In this document: in pieces, positions 29,731 through 39,225 of the stretch
How the letters are laid out: every line of letters starts with the position of its first letter
Position numbering within the stretch: the first letter of the stretch is position 1
DNA from: Candidatus Micrarchaeota archaeon
Lineage (GTDB): Archaea; Micrarchaeota; Micrarchaeia; Anstonellales; Bilamarchaeaceae
NCBI GenBank assembly: GCA_038046765.1
Contig: JBBSVN010000010.1
Coordinates: 1-64,000, forward strand
Length of the DNA stretch: 64,000 bases
Direction: 5' to 3'
Notes under the pieces: generated by a model
Told to the model about the DNA's origin: nothing
Seen by the model: only the letters and a program-made list of their open reading frames with translations
Databases searched by the model: none
Program-made: the position numbers and the translations under genes

Positions 29731-30395
29731 CCTTCAAAATATTTCCTAAATTTAGCCGTAACGGTTAATTTTGAAGTTCTGCCTGCCTTTTGGGTCTTTA
29801 CAAATTCATTTTCAACCAATTCGCGAACGTCATCGTAAATTTGTGGGCCAATTTTTTTAACAAGTTCAGATTTCAATATTCCGTCATGTTTGGAAATAAA
29901 TGCTAAAGTTCTAAGTGCATGTTTACTAAGCGCACTGTCCTGTGCAAACTGTTTTACGCGTACTAAATACTGATTTCTCACGCGCATTCCATATTTATTT
30001 TCAATTTGAATTATTTCTATTGCGCTTGCTTTTTCATCGTATTCTTTCTTAAGTTCTTGCATTAGATTTTGCAGGTACCCCATTGCACCTATCCCTGTTA
30101 ATTTTCTTAGTTCTTCAAGGGATAGTTCTCGCCCTGATAAAAATAAGGCAGCTTCAACTACTCTTTTTTCGGAGAGTTCTACGATTGGGTTAGCCCCAGT
30201 TAGTGTTGTTTGCATTCTCTGTTTTTCAATCTGGGTTTGTTCCTGGATTTCTTTGTCTTCATCCTGTTTATCTCCCTGCTCAAGTTCATCTGATCCAGTC
30301 TCGGTTTCTATATCTTCTGTTTCTTCTAAGTTCTCCTCTTTATCTTCTAGAGTTTGTTCGCTTGTTTCTTCGCTAATTTCTTCTTCGCCTTCCAT
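29727..30395 (-). CDS. scpB: SMC-Scp complex subunit ScpB with acidic N-terminal extension
   Basis: 'VEAALFLSGRELS', 'LSKHALRTLAFI', 'TAKFRKYF'. Confidence 0.88.
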   Translation of the reverse strand: MEGEEEISEETSEQTLEDKEENLEETEDIETETGSDELEQGDKQDEDKEIQEQTQIEKQRMQTTLTGANPIVELSEKRVVEAALFLSGRELSLEELRKLTGIGAMGYLQNLMQELKKEYDEKASAIEIIQIENKYGMRVRNQYLVRVKQFAQDSALSKHALRTLAFISKHDGILKSELVKKIGPQIYDDVRELVENEFVKTQKAGRTSKLTVTAKFRKYFEG

Positions 30396-30410
30396 GAAAA
30401 TTACCCTTGA

Positions 30411-30950
30411 TTATCCTTTAGTGTACTTTTTTAACTGTTTTGTAAAATCAATCTTATCTGATTTTTTTATTTTTCCTTTTATTATGTCCAGCATAAATTT
30501 TATACTGCTTTCTATGTTTCTTTTTCCAGTGTCTATGTCATAAATTTTTGATTTGTAATTATCTAGTGCTTTTTGTGTGCAATAATCAAGCATTTCACAA
30601 AGTAGATTGTCATCTATTTTCTGATTAGAGTATCCTCTTTTTTGCATTCTTCTTTTTAATAATCCGGGTTCGGTTCTAAGTACAAAAACAATGTTCGCAG
30701 GAAGACTAATCTCACATAATAAGTGATTTTCAATTATTATATCCTTTCCGTTCTTATTTTTTTCTTTAATTATTTGAAGTAGTTTTCTTCTTAGTTTCAA
30801 TACGTCTACTTCTTTATCTTTCGTGATTTTTTTCACATCTATTAGTTCGTAGCCTAGTCTTTTTGTAAGTACCTTAGCAATAGTTGACTTTCCTGTTGCA
30901 GGAGTTCCTGTTATTATAATTAATTTTTCAGTACTCATAATATTTTTCAT
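30411..30950 (-). CDS. Adenylate kinase, AK6/Fap7 type
   Basis: ITGTPATGKST, 'IIENHL', 'VFVLRT.P..L..R...RGYS..KI.DN..CE'. Confidence 0.88.
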   Translation of the reverse strand: MKNIMSTEKLIIITGTPATGKSTIAKVLTKRLGYELIDVKKITKDKEVDVLKLRRKLLQIIKEKNKNGKDIIIENHLLCEISLPANIVFVLRTEPGLLKRRMQKRGYSNQKIDDNLLCEMLDYCTQKALDNYKSKIYDIDTGKRNIESSIKFMLDIIKGKIKKSDKIDFTKQLKKYTKG

Positions 30951-30953
30951 GTT

Positions 30954-31847
30954 TTAACCTGCACTTTCAATTATTTCTTTAAATAAAAAATAACTCTGCA
31001 ATCCGCTTATTCTTACGATATAATAATTTCCTTCTATTCTAGTTTCTATAGCGTTGTATGCCTGCGGAGAATTGTAATAAATTTGATTGTCTATAGCTTT
31101 TTTTACTACTATTTGCTTATTTTTATCAAAGTAAATTTCGATTGTTGGAGTTCCTTTAATTCCAATTGATTGTCCATAAATTAAATCATTTTCAATTTTT
31201 TGAAGAGTTTGGTTATTATCATAGCAATTGCTAAATTTATTTATGTCCAAGTTAAGTAGTCCTGCATATTTTTTGAATATGTTATCTGCTGCCCTTGGAA
31301 CTACAATAATCCATTCTGAAGATCTGTCGTATAATAAATTATGCATTTGCCAAAATTCTCCCTGTTCGTTTGCACATCTGGCTGCCTTTGCAGATTGTAG
31401 TGCCTTATCATGAAAATCAAGCGGAAAATCCTTATAATATATTACTACTTTGTTCAGGCTCACATAGTTTCTTATTATTAGTTTTTCCACATCGCTATAA
31501 TACGAATTACAAAAAGGACACTGAAAATCGCTAAAAACTACTATTTTTATAGGGGCATTTACATTGCCTAAATATATTGCATTTTTGTCATCAAAAAGAC
31601 CATTACCGTCGGAATAATTTAAAGTAAAGTTTTCAGAATAGTTATCTGTTTGGTTAAACTTATTTTGACTTGGTTTAGATAATAAAATCATCGTTCCTAA
31701 GAATAAAACCTCCAAGATAATTAGAAATATTATTGCATATATTAATTTTGTACCTATTGACATTATCTCTTCTTTAGTAGTTTTGGTTCTGCCTAAGTTT
31801 GGCTCTTGCAACTGTTTCTTTTTTATTTTTGAATTTTTATCTGTCAT
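30954..31847 (-). CDS. Membrane-anchored DsbA-family thiol-disulfide oxidoreductase
   Basis: N-terminal TM; 'GNVNAPIKIVVFSDFQCPFC', 'DFPL', 'AARCANEQGEFWQMHN', 'GIKGTPT'. Confidence 0.9.
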   Translation of the reverse strand: MTDKNSKIKKKQLQEPNLGRTKTTKEEIMSIGTKLIYAIIFLIILEVLFLGTMILLSKPSQNKFNQTDNYSENFTLNYSDGNGLFDDKNAIYLGNVNAPIKIVVFSDFQCPFCNSYYSDVEKLIIRNYVSLNKVVIYYKDFPLDFHDKALQSAKAARCANEQGEFWQMHNLLYDRSSEWIIVVPRAADNIFKKYAGLLNLDINKFSNCYDNNQTLQKIENDLIYGQSIGIKGTPTIEIYFDKNKQIVVKKAIDNQIYYNSPQAYNAIETRIEGNYYIVRISGLQSYFLFKEIIESAG

Positions 31848-31849
31848 AG

Positions 31850-32206
31850 CTATAAAACCTTTGCTAATTTTGAAAGATAATTTTTTGCAAAAACTAATGC
31901 AGATTTACCCTTTTCGCTAAGTATGTAATATTTTCTTCTTTCTTCGAAAGCTGATTCTATAAGTTTCTCTTCTTCAAGTTTATATAAGACTACATATATC
32001 ATTATTTTATTTGGTTTAAATGAAAATTTTTCTTCAATTTCACTATCAAGTGCATAAGCATATGCCTTTTTTCTGGCTTTTATTATTGAAAGTATTGCAA
32101 GCCATATGTTACCGTAGCTAAGTGAGTGAACAAGTCTTCTGATTGTTTTTAAGTCATACTCTTTTTCAAGTTTTATTTCATTTGTGCCCTTACCTTTGAT
32201 TCGCAT
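31850..32206 (-). CDS. PadR-family winged-helix transcriptional regulator
   Basis: 'YAYAL..EI...IYVVLYKLEEEKLI...RRKYYILSEKGK'. Confidence 0.85.
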   Translation of the reverse strand: MRIKGKGTNEIKLEKEYDLKTIRRLVHSLSYGNIWLAILSIIKARKKAYAYALDSEIEEKFSFKPNKIMIYVVLYKLEEEKLIESAFEERRKYYILSEKGKSALVFAKNYLSKLAKVL

Positions 32207-32282
32207 GCAATTCTTATTGGTGTTAAATTTAAAAAGCTGCTATGGTATAGATTTCCATTCGGTATAGTTGAAGGTAAATTCA

Positions 32283-33497
32283 ATGACTTTAAAATTATTT
32301 TTAGTTCTATCTGTTTTAGCTATTTTCTCCACCTTGTCTTTTGCAACTATTAATCTTGATGATTTTTTCTTTAGTTTGCCACTTATAATAATTATCGTTG
32401 TCATATCTTTTGCTCTTCTATATATGCTAAGCCAGATGATTAATTCTCCTGCATTAAATGCTTGGGTAAAAACAGAAATCAGGGAACTTATAATTGGTGC
32501 GATACTTTTTGGGATCGTATATGTCCTCTTTTTTAGTCCAAGTGTGCTAGGAACCGGAAAGGATATTTTTGGTATAATTATTGGTAAACCAAATTACGGT
32601 TCTGATGCTTCAGCATTTCTTTCTACAATGATTAATACTTATGCAAAGCAAGCATACATTGACGATCTTAAGGCATCTTATTTGATTGGTTTACAGTCTG
32701 CTTATTCAACATCGCTCGCAGCGAGTTTGTTTATAATTGGGTTTAACACCGGAGGAACTCCTTACTCTGGTTACAGCGCATTTTCAACATTCTTAAGTCA
32801 GGCAACATACGGTCTTACAAATGTAATTTTCATTTATTCTGCTTTAGCCGTTTTACTGGATTTCTTCCTATTTTCAATCCCAAAACTAATTTTTGTAGCA
32901 TTTGCATTTAGGTTCATTCCATTTACGCGGCAGATGGGAAATACGCTAATCGCGATTATGCTTGCTGCTTATGTAGTTTTCCCATTCTCAATATTACTAG
33001 TCCAGGAACTTCATACATTAATAAGCCCATTTCCAACTCCAACAATTACGCGATTTAATGAGTTTGAATTTGGCCTTCCAGCAGGAATGAGTTTTGTTTG
33101 CAGTAAAACCACCGGAATTCCAATACGATTTATGCTTGCATTTTTTGGTGAAATCGGTTTCTCACTAGGCCCGTGTATTATTGTAGGTATCGCAACACTT
33201 GGTTATGGTTTTTGGCCATGCTTTTTGAATTTGGCAGACTGGGTTTTTCCGCTTGTAACCTCTATTGCCAGTCTTTACTTTAATGCTCAGGTTGCGCTCT
33301 CGACATTTTCCGTAAGTGATAATTCCGATGTAATATTTGCGATACTAAAACCATTTTTAATGGCAGTTAATAATCTGGTTGTAATTACTTATCTTGATCT
33401 GATAATCATTTCAACTTTGACTTATATCAGTGCAAAGAGTTTCTCCGCGGCATTAGGAGGGGAATATTTCTTACCCGCAGTTTCGAGGCTGGTCTAA
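32283..33497 (+). CDS. Polytopic membrane protein, paralog 1 of 6 (CedA/VirB6-like motif family)
   Basis: Signal peptide; motifs LLYMLSQMINSPALNAWVKTEIREL, FRFIPFTRQMGNTLIAIMLAAYVVFP, SFSAALGGE. Confidence 0.8.
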   Translation: MTLKLFLVLSVLAIFSTLSFATINLDDFFFSLPLIIIIVVISFALLYMLSQMINSPALNAWVKTEIRELIIGAILFGIVYVLFFSPSVLGTGKDIFGIIIGKPNYGSDASAFLSTMINTYAKQAYIDDLKASYLIGLQSAYSTSLAASLFIIGFNTGGTPYSGYSAFSTFLSQATYGLTNVIFIYSALAVLLDFFLFSIPKLIFVAFAFRFIPFTRQMGNTLIAIMLAAYVVFPFSILLVQELHTLISPFPTPTITRFNEFEFGLPAGMSFVCSKTTGIPIRFMLAFFGEIGFSLGPCIIVGIATLGYGFWPCFLNLADWVFPLVTSIASLYFNAQVALSTFSVSDNSDVIFAILKPFLMAVNNLVVITYLDLIIISTLTYISAKSFSAALGGEYFLPAVSRLV

Positions 33498-34609
33498 TGT
33501 CTTGCTTATGTGATTCTGCTTACTTAGAAAAAAATATGATCGCTTCAGCAAGTGACAAATTGCACAACAAAAAATTCATCTTTTTAATCGCGTTCTTTAT
33601 ATTCTCGATCTTGCCAAATCTGTCTTTTGCAGATGGCTTAACTTCATGCAGTTTAAACTACATTGATATTGCAAATAGTGGGATGGGCGCTTACATAGGC
33701 GTATCATTTATGCTTATGGTCATTTTACTTATTTTAGCATATCTATTTGGTACGATGACACAAAATGCAAATCTTCTTGCATTCTACAAAGATGAGCTTT
33801 ATCATGTATTATTTTCAGCAATACTCTTAGTGTGCATAAGCGGCATATTCTACTTTTCATGCGTTTCACTAAGTGCGTTTTTAGATTTTACACTTACCCA
33901 GCTTGGATCAAGCGCTTGTTATAGCGGTGTCGAAGCCCCTTCTACTGTTGCAAGTTGCTATTTTTCAGGTATCGAAGTCAGACTTAGAACATTTGTTTCA
34001 CAAGGGATAAAACAAAGCCTGCAAAATGAGATGGAATCAACTGTAATGCTTATGATAAATAATCCTATTACTGGTTCGACATATATGCCATTAACTGCAT
34101 ACAAAAAAGCATATGCATCTCAATTTGACATGGTTGTAAATAGCTTTGTCATGCCTGCTTTAGTGAGTATTACTATGCAAAAAACATTGATCAAAATTTC
34201 TTCCGCTCTAGTTCCGTGGCTCGTTGCTATAGCATTTTTTTTAAGGGTGTTTATGCCAACAAGACAAATGGGAAATATGCTTATTGCAGTTGGTCTTGCG
34301 CTTTATATTGTTCTTCCGACAATGTACGCAGTAAACGGTGCGATGGACGAATTGATATTTAAAGATTGCAATAGTTATAGGAGTTTAGTGGCGGATGAAG
34401 TTATGGGTGGAATTACACGAAGTGTTACTGGAACTGGTCCAAATCAGCAAGTGCAACCAGTTGTTGATGCATCAGCATGCACTTCAAACACGAGCTTTTG
34501 GATAATCGCGAGCAGCATGCCACAGGCATTTTTCCTGCCAAATTTAACTCTCGCTCTTGTAATTACCTTTATCGCAGGTATAAATAAAGCACTAAAAACA
34601 ATTGGTTGA
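33497..34609 (+). CDS. Polytopic membrane protein, paralog 2 of 6
   Basis: LAYLFGTMTQNANLLAFYKDELYHV; LRVFMPTRQMGNMLIAVGLALYIVLP; ATG overlaps the preceding stop. Confidence 0.8.
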   Translation: MSCLCDSAYLEKNMIASASDKLHNKKFIFLIAFFIFSILPNLSFADGLTSCSLNYIDIANSGMGAYIGVSFMLMVILLILAYLFGTMTQNANLLAFYKDELYHVLFSAILLVCISGIFYFSCVSLSAFLDFTLTQLGSSACYSGVEAPSTVASCYFSGIEVRLRTFVSQGIKQSLQNEMESTVMLMINNPITGSTYMPLTAYKKAYASQFDMVVNSFVMPALVSITMQKTLIKISSALVPWLVAIAFFLRVFMPTRQMGNMLIAVGLALYIVLPTMYAVNGAMDELIFKDCNSYRSLVADEVMGGITRSVTGTGPNQQVQPVVDASACTSNTSFWIIASSMPQAFFLPNLTLALVITFIAGINKALKTIG

Positions 34610-34610
34610 C

Positions 34611-36893
34611 ATGAAAAAAATATTACTACTGTTATTAATTTCATTTGTGCTCTTTGCGAGTTTTACTTATGCTTTAGCTCCATCCGCAAATGTTGCAGCA
34701 GTAGATAGAGCAACTTCCAATTCTTCATTTGATCTGTTAAAAGACTGGCGTGCAATATCTCTAGCTGTAACAATGCTTGTAATTGTAATAATCGCAATCG
34801 CTTACGCTGTTGGACATGGGTTTGAAATTCCTGAATTAAAAGCATGGGCTGCAACAGAGCTCGCTCAGGCGGTCGCCACTATATTAATTATTGTTGCATT
34901 TGTAGGAGTAATTACTTTTCTTGACGGCATAACCGTTCAGATTATACAAAATTCCAATTTGCCATTTACATGTACTAATTCACAAAATTGCGCAGTACTA
35001 ACCGCAACCAGCTATTTAGATAGTTTAATCGATGTTGCAAATTCACAGGTGCTTGACCGGATAAAAGACAGCATTACAGCAGGCAGGACTGCCGGGTATA
35101 GGGGAGGAATGTATGCGACACAACTTATTTTTCCAATTCCATTATTACAAATATCCGCTTCAGGGTCTGCTGCAGCAGGTTATGTTTTAGACCTAGAGCG
35201 AAATATGCTTCTTATTGAAAACCTTGGAAACCTAATCTCTATTCTTTCATCACAGCGATTTTTTATTTCACAGATTTCATACAATGTTGCTCCAGTAATT
35301 CTTGTACTTGGTATAATTGCGCGTTCATTCTTTTTTACAAGAAAATTAGGTGGGCTTCTAATTGCGATGGCAATAGGTATTATGTATGTACTTCCGCTTA
35401 TGTATGTTGCCAATTGGATTACACTAAATATTACTCTTTTTGGAGATTCTATAATTACACCTGTTGCGCAGGATTGTCCCTTGTCATGTACTATTCTCCC
35501 GCCAAAGTTCTATTCTGGCAATCAGCCAATACAATCCAAAACAAATCTCCTTGGTTTTTATGGGATAACTACAAACCCGGCAGTTAATCAAATAAATCCC
35601 GCCATTGCTATCGCTACGCAAACTCAGTTAAATCAAATGCAGGATTTAGAAGACGGATATTTGCAAACATTAACAATTAATGGCCGAACTGCTTATTCAT
35701 GTGAAGTCGCAGCAGGCGGACCAGTTACACCAAAACAGCCTATTTTTAATGGTGTTGTTACTGGAGGTTTGCAAGATGTTATATCTGATAATTCTGATAA
35801 TTCTGATAATTCTGATACTTTTTCCTCTAATAAAAAAGTTGCATTATTTATTCCAGGAGGTTCTGGAACAGGAGGCAGCGGATCGGGAGGTTCAGGAAAC
35901 AGCAATCCATGCGGACAATGTCCTTCTAATCAAATTTGTGATAGTTCTGGGTCGCGTCCAGTTTGTGTTCCAGACCCAACTCCAAGTGGTTCTGGTATCG
36001 GTAGTTCTGGTTATTGTCCATACGCATGCAGGGAATTACCTTACCCATACAATCAACAATGTACGGGGGTCGTAGAAATAAATAATAAAAACCAAACTGC
36101 AGCACAGACAAGAACTGCATGCAGCAATTTACCTGTGGTTTGTAAAGTAATCCGTTATGTAAATCCTAAAAATCCTTACTTTGATAATGATGGAATTCCA
36201 AACACTGCTGATGATTATGTACTTGATCAATATTCTCCAAACTATCAAAGACCTGCTGGTGTTGCAGCAACTTCTTTAGTTGTACCAACATGTCCAGTGC
36301 AATGCCGAACAACTCCTCCTTTAGCAAATAACTGTATTAATAGTCAATCTGCTTCGATTACATTTAACGGTCAAACCAGAACTTATAACGGGCAATGTAC
36401 TTCTGCACAAACCTTCTGTTTGTTTACGGAAAAAGCTAATGGAGTAATTCTAGGAAATGCCCCGACTGCATGCAAAACTCCTCAGGCATCACCAGCGCAA
36501 ATGGCAAATAATTTGGCATGCGTTTCCAGTTTAGTCGCAACACAATCATGTAAATATGTAATCCCTGGAGAAAGTTTAACTGATAGTGGCATATGCGATA
36601 AATGTATTTTTGTTCCTAAAGAATTTACTTTTGATCCGCCTATTTATCAGGACTGTTCAGCAAGGTGCGGTCAAGGCAATGCCGGTCCTCCATTAATTAA
36701 TCCAGCAGAATTTTCAAGAAGAACACAGCAGTGGATGGTTGGCAGACCGGAAATTGTTTCAGTTTCAGCGCTCATGTTCCCAGCTTATGTTTTGCCACTA
36801 CTCGACATACTTGTAGTTTTAATGTTTATCCGTTCATTTTCATCAATCTTGGGTGGAGATATTGAAATCCCGGGATTAGCTAAAATATTATAA
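34611..36893 (+). CDS. Polytopic membrane protein, paralog 3 of 6, with large Cys/Pro/Gly-rich extracellular insertion
   Basis: IAYAVGHGFEIPELKAWAATELAQA; ARSFFFTRKLGGLLIAMAIGIMYVLP; IRSFSSILGGDIEIPGL; repeated CPxxC units. Confidence 0.8.
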   Translation: MKKILLLLLISFVLFASFTYALAPSANVAAVDRATSNSSFDLLKDWRAISLAVTMLVIVIIAIAYAVGHGFEIPELKAWAATELAQAVATILIIVAFVGVITFLDGITVQIIQNSNLPFTCTNSQNCAVLTATSYLDSLIDVANSQVLDRIKDSITAGRTAGYRGGMYATQLIFPIPLLQISASGSAAAGYVLDLERNMLLIENLGNLISILSSQRFFISQISYNVAPVILVLGIIARSFFFTRKLGGLLIAMAIGIMYVLPLMYVANWITLNITLFGDSIITPVAQDCPLSCTILPPKFYSGNQPIQSKTNLLGFYGITTNPAVNQINPAIAIATQTQLNQMQDLEDGYLQTLTINGRTAYSCEVAAGGPVTPKQPIFNGVVTGGLQDVISDNSDNSDNSDTFSSNKKVALFIPGGSGTGGSGSGGSGNSNPCGQCPSNQICDSSGSRPVCVPDPTPSGSGIGSSGYCPYACRELPYPYNQQCTGVVEINNKNQTAAQTRTACSNLPVVCKVIRYVNPKNPYFDNDGIPNTADDYVLDQYSPNYQRPAGVAATSLVVPTCPVQCRTTPPLANNCINSQSASITFNGQTRTYNGQCTSAQTFCLFTEKANGVILGNAPTACKTPQASPAQMANNLACVSSLVATQSCKYVIPGESLTDSGICDKCIFVPKEFTFDPPIYQDCSARCGQGNAGPPLINPAEFSRRTQQWMVGRPEIVSVSALMFPAYVLPLLDILVVLMFIRSFSSILGGDIEIPGLAKIL
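35784..35817 (+). repeat. In-frame 9-bp tandem repeat (TCTGATAAT x3 plus a partial copy)
   Basis: Encodes SDNSDNSDNSD inside paralog 3. Confidence 0.9.
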
Positions 36894-36919
36894 TTGATAA
36901 ATGGTTTATGTGAACCTCT

Positions 36920-37963
36920 ATGAAAAAATTAAATTTATTTGCTTTCATTTTTGCGTTTGTTGCAATGCTCGCAATATCTACAGTTAGTTTTGCCGCCCCT
37001 CCTGCACCAAACCAATTTGACGCAAGCGGTAATTGGGTATCTACTGCTGCAATTGCCTTAATCGCAAGTGCTGCACTACTCGCCCTTATTTACATGGTCG
37101 GGCATGGGTTTGAAATAAACGAACTAAAAATGCTTGCAAACGAGGAGCTTTATCAGCTTGTTGTTACAATCGTAATCATCGGACTTCTTCTAGGAAGTAC
37201 GAGTATACTAAATTCATTCTCATCAACATTTGCCCCAAGCGGTGCTACTAATTTTCAGGATGCTGCAATTTCTGCAGTACGAGCGAATCTTGCTGATCAT
37301 CAGAGCATATATAATAATCTTAAGTCATTTAGTGTAGAGCTTGGAAAAGAATCTTCAAAAAGTTATTTTTGCAGTTTGCAAGGTGTAGGATTTTATGTAA
37401 GTCCTTGCAGTGCATTTAGCTCAATTTCGCCATCAGTTTCGCTCGCATTTCAAATTTTATCAGCTTCAATAGCTGAGTTAAATTCCCTTGACACTTTACT
37501 TAACTTTGCTAAAACTTATGGTTTTGCTGTTCTGCTTCCATTTGGAATTTTACTTCGGACATTAAAATTTACTCGGGGCGCAGGCGGATTATTTTTAGGT
37601 CTTGCAGTTTCACTTTACATTGTTCTCCCATTATTAGTTATTTTTATGGATGTCTTACTAAATCCAGCTACGGGTTATAATCCAACTGCATTTGGAATTC
37701 AGATACGTGCGCTTCCAATTCCGGAGTGCGATGAAACAAGTTTTGGCACGGTAACTGGAGGCATTTCCTATGATAATTACGATGCGGCAGTAGGTACATT
37801 CCAATCGCTTTTAAACAATGTCAAAACTTACATTTACTATGCCTTAGTTCGTGGGACAATGTTGCTTGTAGTTTCATTGTTAGGTTTCTTTTCCGCGTTT
37901 AGGGCAATTTCAAAAGTAGCAGGAGCTGAAGTTGATATATCCAGTTTGATGAGGATAAGTTAA
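36920..37963 (+). CDS. Polytopic membrane protein, paralog 4 of 6
   Basis: LIYMVGHGFEINELKMLANEELYQL; LRTLKFTRGAGGLFLGLAVSLYIVLP; AISKVAGAEVDI. Confidence 0.8.
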   Translation: MKKLNLFAFIFAFVAMLAISTVSFAAPPAPNQFDASGNWVSTAAIALIASAALLALIYMVGHGFEINELKMLANEELYQLVVTIVIIGLLLGSTSILNSFSSTFAPSGATNFQDAAISAVRANLADHQSIYNNLKSFSVELGKESSKSYFCSLQGVGFYVSPCSAFSSISPSVSLAFQILSASIAELNSLDTLLNFAKTYGFAVLLPFGILLRTLKFTRGAGGLFLGLAVSLYIVLPLLVIFMDVLLNPATGYNPTAFGIQIRALPIPECDETSFGTVTGGISYDNYDAAVGTFQSLLNNVKTYIYYALVRGTMLLVVSLLGFFSAFRAISKVAGAEVDISSLMRIS

Positions 37964-37966
37964 TGA

Positions 37967-38057
37967 TTAGCAATGAGCATTGGGCAATGGGCATTGGGCA
38001 ACGTACAGTTAGTTTCGTAGCCCACAGCTCAAGGCTCAAACGCCCAAGGCTCAAGGC
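37967..38057. repeat. Heptamer-repeat inverted (hairpin-forming) element
   Basis: Left arm ttagcaa tgagcat tgggcaa tgggcat tgggcaa; right arm agcccac agctcaa ggctcaa (a)cgcccaa ggctcaa. Confidence 0.8.
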
Positions 38058-38068
38058 AAAGTGATATT

Positions 38069-39202
38069 ATGGTATTAGCAAACATCTGTGCGCAAGGCGC
38101 TCAAAGTACGGTTGCATCGTTCATCTATCCATTAGTATTATCTGTTTCAGTTTTCGCAGCAATCGTAATCGGTTTAGCATACATGTTAGGTCAGTCAATA
38201 AACAATCCAAAAGTTACACTCTGGGCTAAAACAGAAGCTGTGCAATTGGTCGTTTCTGCAATTGCCGCAGTAATTATTTTACAATCCGTGGGTGTATTTT
38301 GTACAATTGATGCGATGTCAATTTATCAACTTTTTAATGTCCCGCCCCCACAAATTCCGCAGGTAGCTGGCCAGCCGCAGTCATCTATTTCGATTTATAA
38401 TGCAGCAGAACTTTATCTTGTTACGGGAGGTTCTTACGTAAAAAGTGTAGCTGATAGCGCGAGGTATCATCTTGGCGGATATAATATGCTCCAGTCATTT
38501 GGAAGAAATCTTTGTCTTGGTAGTACTACTTCACCCGTTTCTGGATTTTTAAACATAATCTTTTGTCTTTATGGAAACGGAATAATTGGTGGCGGCAGTA
38601 GCAGTGCTGGAATTGGTACTGGCACAAGTATACGTCCTGATTCTGGATACGGGTTTCTTTCAGCGGCAGTTGGTTTTGCATTTAACTCTGCACTGTTTTC
38701 TTACGTTTCTATTTTGAACTATTTATTTATTTTTAAATATATTTTTAGCGGGTTTGTTTTATTCTTTTTGCCACTAGGTATTTTCTTTAGATCATTTCCA
38801 TACCTAAGAGGATTTGGTTCATTATTGATGTCTGTTTCAATTGCGTTTCTGTTTGTTTATCCACTGATGCTTGCGTTCTTTTACATTGATATTGGAGCAA
38901 CAAATTCGATACTCGCTCCAAAGAATTCTCCAGCTTTATTATACTCATCTGATTCGCCAGGAAAAGTAGGGATTGCAGCAGTTACTGGTTTTAAAAATAG
39001 CATTTATGATGATGTGTTTGACAAACCCTCTTCAAATAATGGTGAACAAAGTTTCGAAGTTCTTAAGTTAACAGGAAATGCATTTTTAGTTGGGGTTTTT
39101 ATTCCAAGTTTAGCTCTTTTAAGTGCAGCTGCAGCAGTTTCTTATATTAACAGATTCCTAGGTGAAGAAGTAGATTTAAGTAGGATAGTTCAGATAGTTT
39201 AG
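38069..39202 (+). CDS. Polytopic membrane protein, paralog 5 of 6
   Basis: LAYMLGQSINNPKVTLWAKTEAVQL; FRSFPYLRGFGSLLMSVSIAFLFVYP; YINRFLGEEVDL. Confidence 0.8.
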   Translation: MVLANICAQGAQSTVASFIYPLVLSVSVFAAIVIGLAYMLGQSINNPKVTLWAKTEAVQLVVSAIAAVIILQSVGVFCTIDAMSIYQLFNVPPPQIPQVAGQPQSSISIYNAAELYLVTGGSYVKSVADSARYHLGGYNMLQSFGRNLCLGSTTSPVSGFLNIIFCLYGNGIIGGGSSSAGIGTGTSIRPDSGYGFLSAAVGFAFNSALFSYVSILNYLFIFKYIFSGFVLFFLPLGIFFRSFPYLRGFGSLLMSVSIAFLFVYPLMLAFFYIDIGATNSILAPKNSPALLYSSDSPGKVGIAAVTGFKNSIYDDVFDKPSSNNGEQSFEVLKLTGNAFLVGVFIPSLALLSAAAAVSYINRFLGEEVDLSRIVQIV

Positions 39203-39225
39203 CAATTATAATATGTGATTTATCT

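Noticed and set aside
35680..36075. 131-aa alternative-frame ORF inside paralog 3
   Set aside because: Fully overlaps a convincing CDS; its 'LIILIILIIL' stretch is just the 9-bp repeat read in another frame.
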